From the NCBI GenBank assembly GCA_038103905.1, contig JAYNZW010000003.1, positions 62,077-114,440 of the forward strand: DNA of 52,364 bases, in the 5' to 3' direction. Made by a program: the position numbers and the translations under genes. This DNA is from Pelagibacteraceae bacterium. GTDB taxonomy: Bacteria; Pseudomonadota; Alphaproteobacteria; Pelagibacterales; AG-422-B15. Positions 26,165 to 36,851 of this stretch are shown here, one piece after another; within the stretch, counting starts at the first letter, position 1, and the number at the start of each line of letters is the position of its first letter. The notes below the pieces were generated by a model. It did not search any database, was not told where the DNA came from, and saw nothing but the letters and a program-made list of their open reading frames with translations.

Positions 26165-27950
26165 ATAAAGTCAGCGTAAATTCAGAGCATGCACCTATGC
26201 CATTATCGTTATTATATATACGAAAACTACCACCATGTTCAGATATAATTTTTTCAACAATACTTAGACCCAAGCCAGTTCCTATATTTTTATCTTTTGT
26301 TGTAAAATATGGTTTTAAAAGATCTTTTTCTTTATGCATTAAACCTATGCCATTATCTATAATTGTTATTTTAAGAAAATTGTTTTCAATGCTGGAAGAA
26401 ATATTGATGGATCCACCAGTTGTGTTTTTAAATTTAGCTTCTATGGAGTGAATAGAGTTTATAATAAGGTTATTTAGTACCCTACTAATTTGAGATTCAT
26501 CACAGCTAACATTATAATTAATCGAATTTAAATCTGAGTAAATATTAATCTTATCATTCTCAATTTTAAACAATGATATTGCATTATTTATAATATCTTT
26601 AATATTTCTCTGATACATTTGAGGTGCTGGCATTCTCGCAAAGTCGGAAAATTCGTCTACTAAATTTTTTATATCATCTACCTGCCTGTTTATAGTATCT
26701 ATAGTTTCAACAAAATCTTCGTCACTTATGTCTATGCCCTTTTTTTTCTTATTTTTGAGACGGTCAATTGATAACTTAATAGGCGTTAATGGATTTTTGA
26801 TTTCATGAGCAATTTTTCTTGCGACATCAGACCATGCTTCATGTTTTTCGCTTATTGCTAATTGTTTTCTCTGAGTAATTATATCATCTGACATTTTATT
26901 AAAAGACTCAGTGAGTCTATTTAGTTCGACAAAATCGTTAGTTTTATTCAATTTTGAATTATAATCACCTTTGCTTATATTATCTGTTGCTATAATAATT
27001 TTTGTTATTGGATCAACAATCTTTCGAGCAAAACCAATCCCAACAACAATTGAAATAAAAATCAAAATCATTGTAATGATTAAATATATCAAAATGAATA
27101 TGATAGATAATTTTGATCTATTTTCTTCTAGGCGGTTAAAATCTTTCTGGGCAGATCGTGTATCATTTAATGCAGTCAGAACTCGATTATCCATTGGTCT
27201 TCCAACATACAAATATAAATCAAGGTACTTATCTAACTTAGTAATTGCATAAACTTTATTAAATTCTGTAGAAGTGAAAATTGCTAATTCACCTTTTGAA
27301 ACTTTTTCAAGAGACTCAGTTGTAGGCTGATAATATATTTTTAGGGATCCCCTATTTTTGAATATTACATTTCCTTTTCCATCTATTAAAAAAGAATCAG
27401 GTAGATTTCTGACTAAAGATTGAGTAAAAAATAGTTTTTCAAAATTAAATTTATCTCTTAAATATAAATTTGATGCATTGTTAAGATCAGATGACATTGC
27501 ATAAATATCACCTTTTATTGTTTTCTTATGCTCTTCTAAATATCCTTCCGCTACATAAACAGAATTATTTATAATATTTTGAATTCTATCATTAAACCAA
27601 TCATTTACGCCAAAGTTTATAAGTAACAATGCTAGTGAACCGACAATTACAGCTGGTGTTATAGCTATGCCTATAAAATAAAGGCTAAATCTATTATTAA
27701 ATGTCGTAATATTTTTCTTTCTCACTCTCATGATAAAAGGCAACAATTGAGATAAGAAAAAATAAAGCAAAAAAATTAAAAAGAATACTGCAGCTCCTAT
27801 AAAATAATTGTCATAGTTAGAATTTGGAGATGTATTAATTCTCTGATTAATTAATAAAATAAAAGAAAATACAATAAATATGATAGTTAAAAAAAATAAT
27901 ACTATATAGTTTTTATTGATTAGATTTTGTTTAAAAAGTCTGTTAATCAT
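26154..27950 (-). CDS. ntrY: Sensor histidine kinase NtrY (PAS-less)
   Basis: Multi-TM N-terminus, GV..WF, HAMP, AWSDVARKIAHEIKNPLTPI, EFSDFARMP, DNG.G, PYFTTK, GTGLGL; start at 27950 or 27968. Confidence 0.93.
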   Translation of the reverse strand: MINRLFKQNLINKNYIVLFFLTIIFIVFSFILLINQRINTSPNSNYDNYFIGAAVFFLIFLLYFFLSQLLPFIMRVRKKNITTFNNRFSLYFIGIAITPAVIVGSLALLLINFGVNDWFNDRIQNIINNSVYVAEGYLEEHKKTIKGDIYAMSSDLNNASNLYLRDKFNFEKLFFTQSLVRNLPDSFLIDGKGNVIFKNRGSLKIYYQPTTESLEKVSKGELAIFTSTEFNKVYAITKLDKYLDLYLYVGRPMDNRVLTALNDTRSAQKDFNRLEENRSKLSIIFILIYLIITMILIFISIVVGIGFARKIVDPITKIIIATDNISKGDYNSKLNKTNDFVELNRLTESFNKMSDDIITQRKQLAISEKHEAWSDVARKIAHEIKNPLTPIKLSIDRLKNKKKKGIDISDEDFVETIDTINRQVDDIKNLVDEFSDFARMPAPQMYQRNIKDIINNAISLFKIENDKINIYSDLNSINYNVSCDESQISRVLNNLIINSIHSIEAKFKNTTGGSINISSSIENNFLKITIIDNGIGLMHKEKDLLKPYFTTKDKNIGTGLGLSIVEKIISEHGGSFRIYNNDNGIGACSEFTLTLYEK

Positions 27951-28001
27951 TTGTTCACTTAAATACAAATATTTATAATACTCTTTATATTAAAATATTA
28001 A

Positions 28002-29138
28002 ATGCAAACATACTGTATAATTTTGGCCGCTGGAAACAGCATGAGATATGATAAAAACTCAGATAAGTTATTCTCACGAATATACGGCTCTCCACTTATA
28101 TCTTTTACATTAATGAATATTTTAAAGGTTTTCTCAAAAGACAAAATATTTATTGTAATAAATAAGAATATTTCTTCTCACAAGCGTCTTTATTTAAAAA
28201 CATTTACTAATAACGAATTAATTTTAGGTGGGGCGACAAGATTCAAAAGCTTAAAAAATGCGATTAAAAAATTAAAAACAGATGCAAACATTTTAATTCA
28301 TGATGCAGCAAGACCTAATATCGAGAAATCGATTTTAGCAAAAGTAAAAAGTGAGATTGAAAAGAAAAATAATGAATTAGTTGTTCTTTATAACCCAATA
28401 AAAGACTCACTTAAATTAAAAAAAAGAAAAAATAAATATATTTCTGTAAAAAGATCTGATTATATTAGCAGCCAAACACCTCAAGCATTTAAATTAGATA
28501 GTATAAGCAGAAAAATAATTAATAATACTTATGATAATGTTGCGGATGAATTAGAAATATTTGAAAAGTCAAATTTAAAAATAAAATATATTGAAGGGTC
28601 TGATGCTAATATAAAAATTACAAATAAAAGTGATCTGAAATTAATAAAAAAATTAATTGGTCATTCAATTAAAATTGGCAATGCATTTGATATACATAAG
28701 GTAAAAAAAGGCGATTGTTTAAATTTAGGTGGTGTTAAATTTAAATCTAAATATTCTTTAGTGGGCCACTCTGATGGAGATGTAGTAATTCATTCAATTA
28801 TTGATGTTATCTTAGGTGCTCTTTCTAAAAAAGATATTGGTTACTACTTTCCATCATCAAATGAAAAATTAAAAAATATCAATTCAGTAATTTTATTACA
28901 AAGAATTTATAAAAAATTTAACCTTCAAAATATCCTTATCTTAAACTTAGATATAACGATAATTTCTGAAATTATAAGATTAGAGAAATATAAAATAAAA
29001 ATTAGAAATAATATTAGTAAATTATTAAAATGCCCTAAGTCAAAAATTAATATAAAGGCTAAATCCTCAGACAAAATTGGAATCATTGGAAAATCAAAAG
29101 GAATTGCTTGTATGGCAAGCATATTAATTTATGAATAA
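28002..29138 (+). CDS. ispDF: Bifunctional IspD/IspF (MEP pathway)
   Basis: ILAAG.S.R, GG.TR..S, IHDAARP, QTPQAF, NIKIT; IGN.FDIH, GHSDGDV..H, DIG.YFP. Confidence 0.92.
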   Translation: MQTYCIILAAGNSMRYDKNSDKLFSRIYGSPLISFTLMNILKVFSKDKIFIVINKNISSHKRLYLKTFTNNELILGGATRFKSLKNAIKKLKTDANILIHDAARPNIEKSILAKVKSEIEKKNNELVVLYNPIKDSLKLKKRKNKYISVKRSDYISSQTPQAFKLDSISRKIINNTYDNVADELEIFEKSNLKIKYIEGSDANIKITNKSDLKLIKKLIGHSIKIGNAFDIHKVKKGDCLNLGGVKFKSKYSLVGHSDGDVVIHSIIDVILGALSKKDIGYYFPSSNEKLKNINSVILLQRIYKKFNLQNILILNLDITIISEIIRLEKYKIKIRNNISKLLKCPKSKINIKAKSSDKIGIIGKSKGIACMASILIYE

Positions 29139-29601
29139 TAAGCTAAAAACATTTTCAAAATTCATAGTATCTTTGTCATATATAGGTTTCTTTCCAGTTG
29201 CACCTGGAACAATAGCCTCTTTAGCAACGGTTTTCCTATGGATAATTTTTGTAAAATTAAATATAGAATTATATTTTTTTATATTAGTAATATTGGCGCT
29301 TATAACATCATTTCATTTGATCGATCTTTACCTGATTGACAAAAATAAAAAAGACCCAAAAGAAATTGTAATTGATGAATTTGTTGGGCAATCAATACCC
29401 TTATTATTAGTTCCAATTACTTATGATATTATATCTCTTTTTTTAATTTTTATTTTTTTCCGCTTTTTTGATATTTTTAAAATTTATCCAATCAATTTAT
29501 TTGATAATATGAGTGGGTCAAAGGGAGTAATGCTTGATGATATTATGGCAGGTATTTATACAACTATTATCGTCATCATGATTGAAATATTTATTTTATG
29601 A
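29131..29601 (+). CDS. pgpA: Phosphatidylglycerophosphatase A
   Basis: PVAPGT.AS, DPKEIVIDEFVGQ, FRFFDI.K.YP, GVMLDD..AG. Confidence 0.93.
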   Translation: MNNKLKTFSKFIVSLSYIGFFPVAPGTIASLATVFLWIIFVKLNIELYFFILVILALITSFHLIDLYLIDKNKKDPKEIVIDEFVGQSIPLLLVPITYDIISLFLIFIFFRFFDIFKIYPINLFDNMSGSKGVMLDDIMAGIYTTIIVIMIEIFIL

Positions 29602-30086
29602 ATATTAAGGAAATTAAAAAGTTACAAAAACTATGTGAAAATAAAGGTATCAAAATATCTTTAGCTGAATCATGTACTGGTGGACTTATTTCATCATCTC
29701 TTACATCGATTGCAGGCTCATCAAATTTTTTTGATTCTGGAATAGTTTCATATTCAAACAAGGCAAAGATTGAGTTACTAGGTATCGATAAAAAATTAAT
29801 TTCTAAATATGGTGCAGTTAGCAAAGAAGTTGCATTATCAATGTCAAAAAATCTTTATAGAATAACTAAATCAAATATTTGTGTATCAGTTACTGGAATT
29901 GCTGGTCCTTCAGGAGGCACCAAACAGAAGCCTGTTGGAACAGTTTATTTTTCAATTTATCATGATTTTGAAAGTAAAATTAATATTATCAATTATAAAA
30001 AATTTTTTAAATTTAAAAGCCGTAATACAATTCAAAAAAAATGTAATGACTTTGTAATAAAGAATCTTATTGAACTTATTGATTAG
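29598..30086 (+). CDS. pncC: CinA C-terminal / NMN deamidase (PncC)
   Basis: [29 protein letters not shown]...KPVG.V. Confidence 0.9.
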   Translation: MNIKEIKKLQKLCENKGIKISLAESCTGGLISSSLTSIAGSSNFFDSGIVSYSNKAKIELLGIDKKLISKYGAVSKEVALSMSKNLYRITKSNICVSVTGIAGPSGGTKQKPVGTVYFSIYHDFESKINIINYKKFFKFKSRNTIQKKCNDFVIKNLIELID

Positions 30087-30531
30087 GATAAATCTCGGAG
30101 GCTCTATTTTTAAAAGACTCAACCATTTTCTTAAATGCTACATCAAAAAATTCATTCATAAGTAAATTAAAAATATTTGAAGAAAGTTCAAAATCGATAA
30201 AAAAAGATATCTTGCTTTGATTGTCAGATATTTCATTAAATTTCCATTCGTTTATAAGATGTTTAAATGGGCCTTCTACATGTGTCACCTTTATGAAATC
30301 TTTATTTTTTGATAACTTTACTTCACTTCTATATGTATAAGATAATGATTTATATCCTATATCCAGATCAGCAATTACAATGTTATCTCCATCATTATTT
30401 TCATTAATGCTTACTATATTGGACTTATCACACCATGGTAAAAAGTCTTCGTAAGAGTTTATATCAGCAACTAAATTAAACATTTGCTCTTTAGAGAAAT
30501 TAATAATCTGCTCTTCTGTTTGTATAGGCAT
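30076..30531 (-). CDS. ratA: RatA/PasT/COQ10 START-domain protein
   Basis: MF.LVADI..Y.DFLPWC, GPFKHL.N.W.F, F..RA. Confidence 0.88.
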   Translation of the reverse strand: MPIQTEEQIINFSKEQMFNLVADINSYEDFLPWCDKSNIVSINENNDGDNIVIADLDIGYKSLSYTYRSEVKLSKNKDFIKVTHVEGPFKHLINEWKFNEISDNQSKISFFIDFELSSNIFNLLMNEFFDVAFKKMVESFKNRASEIYPNQ

Positions 30532-31455
30532 TTAATTAAAATTTTTTAATTTTTTAAAATCGTCATCTGCATGAAATGAACTTCGTGTGAAAGGAGATGA
30601 AGAGACAATTTTAAAACCTTTGTTTACTGCTATATTTTTTAAATGATCAAAATATGAAGGATGATGATACTCTATTACAGGATAATGGTTTTTAGATGGC
30701 CTCAGATACTGTCCAATAGTTAAAAAATCAACACCAGCTCTTATTAGATCATCCATCAAATTGATTACTTCTGATTCACTCTCTCCTAAGCCGATCATTA
30801 TACCAGACTTTGTAAACACTTTATTTAATGATTTAAGTTTAAATAATTTAAGAAGTTCTAATGAATTATTATAATTTGCGCCAGGTCTTACTGTTTCATA
30901 TAAATTTTGAACAGTTTCTAAATTATGGTTAAAAACATCAACATTACATTTAATTAATTCATTAATTGCATTTTTTTTATTATTAAAATCAGGAGTTAAA
31001 ATTTCAATACTTGTTAGGTGATTCAGCTCTCTTACTTTTGAAATAGTTTTGACAAAATGACTTGCCCCTCCATCATAAAGATCATCTCTGTCTACTGAAG
31101 TAATTACAACATGCTTAAGATTAAGAGCTTTTACAGCTTTTGCAACTCTCAGAGGTTCATATGGATCAACACTGTTTGGTTTTCCTGTTTGAATATTACA
31201 AAAACTACATGAACGTGTACAAATATCTCCCAAGATCATAAATGTAGCATGTTTTTTGTTCCAGCACTCAGATATATTAGGACATATCGCTTCTTCGCAT
31301 ACTGTTGTCAATCTATGATTGTCTATAATTGAAGCGGTCAAATTTAAGTTTTTTGCGAATGAGGAGACTTTTATCCACTCTGGTTTTTTAGGACTTTCGA
31401 GATTATTGAATTTTTTTCTAATTAAAGATTTAGATATTTGACGACTTGATGACAC
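30532..31455 (-). CDS. lipA: Lipoyl synthase
   Basis: KPEWI, TVCEEA.CPNI.ECW, CTR.C.FC radical-SAM motif, NHNLETV, TKSG.M.GLGE, RSSFHA. Confidence 0.97.
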   Translation of the reverse strand: MSSSRQISKSLIRKKFNNLESPKKPEWIKVSSFAKNLNLTASIIDNHRLTTVCEEAICPNISECWNKKHATFMILGDICTRSCSFCNIQTGKPNSVDPYEPLRVAKAVKALNLKHVVITSVDRDDLYDGGASHFVKTISKVRELNHLTSIEILTPDFNNKKNAINELIKCNVDVFNHNLETVQNLYETVRPGANYNNSLELLKLFKLKSLNKVFTKSGIMIGLGESESEVINLMDDLIRAGVDFLTIGQYLRPSKNHYPVIEYHHPSYFDHLKNIAVNKGFKIVSSSPFTRSSFHADDDFKKLKNFN

Positions 31456-31497
31456 ATCATCAAAAATATAATGATTTATAAATTATTCAAGGATCAG

Positions 31498-31809
31498 TTA
31501 CTCAAAATAAAGTGTATATTCATTAATCTTGCCATAACCTAAAACAGATCGAACATGTTCATCAAGCAAGTCCTCATTATTATGATTTGACTTTATAGAA
31601 TTAATTTTAATTTCTAATAAACCATTTTCAGATTGAATGCTTACAATTTGATTTTTTAAAGAGCTGATTTCATGATCAAGATACTTATGCGCTAAAAGGC
31701 CATTATTTCCATCAAAAATATTGATAAAAACATATAAAAATATGAATGGGACTATAAAAAATAGGTAATATTTCGCAATTACACCTTTATAGAGTACAAG
31801 ATTTTTCAT
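31498..31809 (-). CDS. ftsB: Cell division protein FtsB/DivIC
   Basis: TM helix, G..G, coiled coil, DLLDE..R..LGY; downstream of eno. Confidence 0.8.
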   Translation of the reverse strand: MKNLVLYKGVIAKYYLFFIVPFIFLYVFINIFDGNNGLLAHKYLDHEISSLKNQIVSIQSENGLLEIKINSIKSNHNNEDLLDEHVRSVLGYGKINEYTLYFE

Positions 31810-31818
31810 AAATACAGA

Positions 31819-31837
31819 GAATCATAATTATGATTCG
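31819..31837. promoter_or_regulatory. Perfect 18-bp palindrome with two GANTC sites (CcrM/GcrA-type element) upstream of ftsB
   Basis: GAATCATAATTATGATTC (31819-31836); the right arm extends to TGATTCG, matching YGAKTCG. Confidence 0.6.
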
Positions 31838-31931
31838 TGTACAATTTTTAAAACATAGAAATGGTATAAAAATTTAAATTTGAGCTGTTTGGACTCTTTT
31901 TGTTCTTAAAAAGCTAAAAAAAGTCTAAAAA

Positions 31932-33200
31932 TTAGAAAAATTTATTATCTTTCATGGTTACTCTATCATCAATCATCTCTTCAATTCTTAATAATTGATT
32001 ATATTTTGATATTCGTTCTGAACGAGACATAGAACCTGTCTTAATTTGGCCCGCATTAGTACCGACTGCTAAATCCGCAATAAAAGTATCCTCGGTTTCT
32101 CCTGATCTATGTGAGATTATTACCTCAAAATTATTTGCTTTAGCATGCTCAATACATTCAAGGGTTTCTGTTAATGATCCTATTTGATTTAATTTGATTA
32201 AAATTGCATTAGCAGCCTTTTTACTTATACCTTTTTTTAACCTTTCTAAGTTGGTTGTAAATAAATCATCACCTACTATTTGAACTTTATCCCCTAATAA
32301 ATGAGTAAGCTTTGACCATGATGACCAATCATCTTCACCAAATGGATCTTCAAGAGAAACGATTGGATATTTATCTACTAGCTTTGATAAGTACTTAATA
32401 AATTGATCAGTTGAAAATGGTTTATTTTCTGAGATAAGTTTATATTTACCATTTTTATAGAATTCTGATGCTGCAATATCTAGAGCAATACAAAAATCTT
32501 TTTTAAGTTTATAACCAGATTTATTGATTGCTTCAGAAATTAGCTTTAAAGCTTCTTCTTCAGATTTTAAGTTAGGAGAAAATCCCCCTTCGTCTCCTAC
32601 TGAAGTACTAAACTTTTTTTTATCTAAAATAACTTTTAAACTATGAAATACTTCAGATGATTTACGTATTGCCTCACTAAACGTACTGTTATTTACGGGA
32701 ACAATCATAAACTCTTGAAAAGAGAGATTGTTATTAGCATGAGCACCGCCATTAATAATATTAAGCATTGGTGTAGGCATTTTAAATTTTTTAGTACCTC
32801 CTAAGTATTTGAACAAAGGTATTTTTTGCGCATTTGATGCGGCAACAGCGCATGCTAAAGAAACACTTAATATTGAATTAGCGCCTATTCTTGATTTATT
32901 TTTCTTTCCATCAAGCTTTAATAATGTTTCATCTATTTTTATTTGATTTGAAACATCAAAGCCGGTAATTGAATCAAATATTTCACCATTAACGTTCGAA
33001 ACTGCCTTAATTACAGATTTACCGTGATATTTATTACCCTTGTCCCTGAGTTCATATGCCTCATGAGCTCCAGTTGATGCACCAGATGGGACAGCAGCTC
33101 TGCCTATTACACCATTGTTTGTAAATACATCTGTTTCAATCGTTGGGTTTCCTCTGCTATCAAAGATTTGCCTAGAAATAATATTTTGAATTTTATCCAT
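31932..33200 (-). CDS. eno: Enolase
   Basis: DSRGNPT, VPSGASTG..EA.ELRD, NGGAHA, GDEGGF, VGDDLF.TN, K.NQIG, SHRSGETED. Confidence 0.99.
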   Translation of the reverse strand: MDKIQNIISRQIFDSRGNPTIETDVFTNNGVIGRAAVPSGASTGAHEAYELRDKGNKYHGKSVIKAVSNVNGEIFDSITGFDVSNQIKIDETLLKLDGKKNKSRIGANSILSVSLACAVAASNAQKIPLFKYLGGTKKFKMPTPMLNIINGGAHANNNLSFQEFMIVPVNNSTFSEAIRKSSEVFHSLKVILDKKKFSTSVGDEGGFSPNLKSEEEALKLISEAINKSGYKLKKDFCIALDIAASEFYKNGKYKLISENKPFSTDQFIKYLSKLVDKYPIVSLEDPFGEDDWSSWSKLTHLLGDKVQIVGDDLFTTNLERLKKGISKKAANAILIKLNQIGSLTETLECIEHAKANNFEVIISHRSGETEDTFIADLAVGTNAGQIKTGSMSRSERISKYNQLLRIEEMIDDRVTMKDNKFF

Positions 33201-33227
33201 TATTATTATTATATTTCAATAATTTAT

Positions 33228-34055
33228 TTAGTATTCTTTAACTATATTGTCAATTTCCAAAAGTTTCATAATTAAACTTTTTAAATCTTTTATATTAACC
33301 ATGTTTGGTCCATCAGATGGAGCTTCATCAGGATTATCATGAGTTTCCATGAATACGCCCGCAATACCAGTCGAAACAGCCGCTTTTGCTAAAGTGGGTA
33401 CAAACCTTCTATCCCCTCCACTTTTATCTCCTCTTCCACCAGGAGATTGAACCGAATGAGTAGCATCAAAAATAATTGGATACTTTAATTCTTCTTTCAT
33501 AATATCTAACGATCTCATGTCTGAAATTAGGGTATTGTAGCCAAAGCTAGTACCACGTTCAGTAACTAAAATTTTTTGATTACCTGACTTTTCTATTTTT
33601 TTTACAACATTTTTCATATCCCAAGGTGCCAAAAATTGACCTTTTTTTACATTAATAATTATGTTTGTTTTTGCTGCGGCAATTAATAAATCTGTCTGTC
33701 GACATAAAAAAGCAGGTATCTGAAGGATATCTACATGTTTTGCCACAAGTTGACATTGTTCTTCTGTATGAACGTCTGTTAGTATTTTTATTTTATACTC
33801 ACTTTTTAATTCCGAGAATATTTTTAATGATTCATCGATTCCAAGACCTCTTACCCCGTCAACACTAGTCCTATTTGCTTTATCAAATGATGTTTTATAA
33901 ACAAAATTTAAATTAAGTTTAGAATTTATATCCAAAAGACTTTCTACCATTTTTTTTGCATGAGAATGAGATTCTAATACGCAAGGTCCAGCAATTAAGG
34001 AGAGCTTTTTATCATTTCCAAATACACCGTTATCTAATTGAATATTATTTTGCAT
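33228..34055 (-). CDS. kdsA: KDO8P synthase
   Basis: [54 protein letters not shown]. Confidence 0.98.
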   Translation of the reverse strand: MQNNIQLDNGVFGNDKKLSLIAGPCVLESHSHAKKMVESLLDINSKLNLNFVYKTSFDKANRTSVDGVRGLGIDESLKIFSELKSEYKIKILTDVHTEEQCQLVAKHVDILQIPAFLCRQTDLLIAAAKTNIIINVKKGQFLAPWDMKNVVKKIEKSGNQKILVTERGTSFGYNTLISDMRSLDIMKEELKYPIIFDATHSVQSPGGRGDKSGGDRRFVPTLAKAAVSTGIAGVFMETHDNPDEAPSDGPNMVNIKDLKSLIMKLLEIDNIVKEY

Positions 34056-35682
34056 ATTTTATTTTTGATTGATCTACTGACGCTTTTATAAAAGATTTGA
34101 ATAATGGGTGTGGATCAAATGGTTTTGACTTTAATTCTGGATGAAATTGAACTCCTATAAACCATGGATGATCATTAATTTCAACTATTTCTGGCAATAA
34201 TCCATCTGGAGAATGTCCGGAAAAATCAACACCCTTTGAATTTAATTCTTTTTCATAGTTTTTATTTACCTCATAACGATGACGATGTCGTTCACTAATA
34301 TTTTCTGAACCATAAACTTCGAAGGCTTTTGAATTTTTTTTCAAAATTGCTTGATACGCACCTAGCCTCATTGATCCACCCAAATCATCACTGGAAGATC
34401 TTTCTTCAACTGTATCGCCTTTTTTCCATTCAGTCATCAAACCAACAATAGAATTATTACAATTTCCAAATTCACTTGAGCTAGCATCCTTTATACCTAA
34501 TAAATTTCTTGCCATTTCAATTACAGCTAATTGCATTCCAAAGCAAATTCCAAAGTATGGAATTTTATTTTCTCTTGCGTATTTAATTGCTAAGATTTTT
34601 CCTTCGGAACCTCTTTCACCAAATCCCCCTGGAACTAAAATTCCATCACAATTTTCCAAATTCTCAAGCAAGTTTGTCTCATTAATCTCCTCTGACTCTA
34701 TCCATTTGAGAGACACTCTCACATTATTAAAAATACCTCCATGACTTAAAGCTTCATTTAGTGACTTATATGCATCAGCTAGACCTGTATATTTACCTAC
34801 GACACCAATTGTTACTTCGCCTTCAGGTTCTAATATGCATTCAGCTATTTTTGACCACATTGCTAAATCAACATTGTTTTTATAGCCAAGTTTGAAATAA
34901 TCTAAAACTTGTATATCTAGACCTTCATTTTTAAGATTTATTGGGACCTTATATATAGTATTTGCATTTAAAGCCTGAATTACATTTTTGGGCTCAACGT
35001 TGCAAAACAAACCAATTTTTTTTCTCTCGTCTTCAGGTATTTCTCTGTCAGCCCTGCATAAAAGAATATTGGGCTGAATACCTAAACTTCTTAATTCTTT
35101 TACTGAATGTTGAGTAGGTTTAGTTTTTAATTCGCCAGAACTTGAAATAAATGGAACTAATGTAACATGTATGAACATTGATGTTTCATAGCCATTATCA
35201 TTTCTAAACTGTCTTATGGCTTCGATAAATGGAAGGCTTTCAATATCACCTATTGTACCCCCTATTTCACAAATTATAAAATCCTCGTCTGTAATATCAT
35301 TTGAGATAAATTTTTTTATTTCATTTGTTACATGTGGAATAACTTGAACTGTTGCGCCAAGATATTCTCCTTTTCTTTCTTTGTTAATTATCTTTTGATA
35401 AACTCTCCCAGAAGTTATATTGTCTGACTGTTTAGAAGTTACGCCTGTAAAGCGCTCATAATGCCCTAAATCTAGATCTGTTTCAGCTCCGTCATCAGTA
35501 ACAAAAACCTCTCCATGTTGATATGGACTCATTGTGCCTGGATCGACATTCAAATAAGGGTCCAGTTTTCTAATTCTTACTTTGTATCCATGATGCTGTA
35601 ACAAAGAAGCGAGAGAAGCTGAAGCTAAACCTTTACCTAATGATGAAACCACGCCGCCAGTAACAAATATAAATCGCGCCAT
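34045..35682 (-). CDS. pyrG: CTP synthase
   Basis: [53 protein letters not shown]. Confidence 0.99.
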   Translation of the reverse strand: MARFIFVTGGVVSSLGKGLASASLASLLQHHGYKVRIRKLDPYLNVDPGTMSPYQHGEVFVTDDGAETDLDLGHYERFTGVTSKQSDNITSGRVYQKIINKERKGEYLGATVQVIPHVTNEIKKFISNDITDEDFIICEIGGTIGDIESLPFIEAIRQFRNDNGYETSMFIHVTLVPFISSSGELKTKPTQHSVKELRSLGIQPNILLCRADREIPEDERKKIGLFCNVEPKNVIQALNANTIYKVPINLKNEGLDIQVLDYFKLGYKNNVDLAMWSKIAECILEPEGEVTIGVVGKYTGLADAYKSLNEALSHGGIFNNVRVSLKWIESEEINETNLLENLENCDGILVPGGFGERGSEGKILAIKYARENKIPYFGICFGMQLAVIEMARNLLGIKDASSSEFGNCNNSIVGLMTEWKKGDTVEERSSSDDLGGSMRLGAYQAILKKNSKAFEVYGSENISERHRHRYEVNKNYEKELNSKGVDFSGHSPDGLLPEIVEINDHPWFIGVQFHPELKSKPFDPHPLFKSFIKASVDQSKIKYAK

Positions 35683-35725
35683 GGACCTATTTTATATTCT
35701 ATTCTAATAGAAATATCAAAAGATA

Positions 35726-36031
35726 TTAATCTAATTGCGGAAGCTCAGGTAAATCCTCAATATCTAGTTCAATTGACGGCTCTTCGTCGTCCATAATTGA
35801 AACATTATCAGACGATCTAATACTAACAATTGTCAAAGCTATACTCGTTATAATGAATAGTGAGGCGATTAAGGCGGTTGATCGCGTTAAAAGATCAGCA
35901 CTACCTCTCGGTGACATTCCATCAGAACCACCACCAATACCTAAAGCCCCACCTTCGGCACGTTGAATTAAAACTATACCAATTAATAAAATGGCAAGTA
36001 TAGCATGTATAATAAGAAGAATATTTTCCAT
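35726..36031 (-). CDS. secG: Preprotein translocase SecG
   Basis: VLIQR.EGG.LG.GGG, RG.A..LTR.T; two TM helices; between tpiA and pyrG. Confidence 0.95.
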   Translation of the reverse strand: MENILLIIHAILAILLIGIVLIQRAEGGALGIGGGSDGMSPRGSADLLTRSTALIASLFIITSIALTIVSIRSSDNVSIMDDEEPSIELDIEDLPELPQLD

Positions 36032-36054
36032 ATGAACCCTATATAGGATTTTGA

Positions 36055-36789
36055 TTAAGAATCAATAATTTTACAAAATTCTCTTGCATCAAGTGATGCG
36101 CCTCCAACTAATGCTCCATCAACGTTTTTGAGAGATAGAATGTCATTTGCATTTTTTGAATTAACTGAGCCACCATACAATATAGACACTTTTTCAGAAT
36201 TTTTTCCTACATATTTTTTTAATAAAGAACGAATATTTAAATGGATTTTTTCAATTTCGTTTGCAGTGGGAGTTAATCCTGTTCCAATGGCCCAAACAGG
36301 CTCATAAGCAATAATTATTTCATTGAATGAAAAATTTTTTGGCAGAGATTTCAATTGGCTTTGTAGTATTGTATTTCTTTTTTTAATTTCATTACGTTTT
36401 TCACCAATACAAAAAATTACTTTTAACTTATTATTTAAAGCATTTAAGATCTTCTCATTTAATTCATCAATACCCTCTTTTTGATACATTCTTCTTTCAG
36501 AATGACCAATTATAACAAACTTTGCTTTAACATCTTTAATCATAGATGAACTAATCTCACCTGTGTAAGCGCCATTTTCAAACCTATGAATATTTTGAGC
36601 TCCAAAAGTTAGGTTTACTGATTTGAGGGCTGAAAAAATACCGATTAGCGTAAAAGGTGGGCAAATAACCACTTTAGGCTTATTTCTTTTTTTCTTTGCT
36701 AAGTGTTTATTTATGCTTTTTAAAAGTGATACAGAGGCAGAATTTCCATTCATTTTCCAGTTTGCTATTACGTATTTTACTCTTTTCAT
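36055..36789 (-). CDS. tpiA: Triosephosphate isomerase
   Basis: ANWKMNG, GAYTGEIS, GHSERR, AYEPVWAIGTG, LYGGSV, LVGGASL. Confidence 0.99.
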   Translation of the reverse strand: MKRVKYVIANWKMNGNSASVSLLKSINKHLAKKKRNKPKVVICPPFTLIGIFSALKSVNLTFGAQNIHRFENGAYTGEISSSMIKDVKAKFVIIGHSERRMYQKEGIDELNEKILNALNNKLKVIFCIGEKRNEIKKRNTILQSQLKSLPKNFSFNEIIIAYEPVWAIGTGLTPTANEIEKIHLNIRSLLKKYVGKNSEKVSILYGGSVNSKNANDILSLKNVDGALVGGASLDAREFCKIIDS

Positions 36790-36851
36790 TGAAAATTTAT
36801 CCTTTATAAAAACTCTTTATAACATAGTTCAACACAAATTAATTATTTAAA

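Noticed and set aside
30076-30531. RatA/PasT as a toxin-antitoxin system
   Set aside because: No antitoxin partner; in this lipA-linked context it is the conserved COQ10-like quinone-binding protein.
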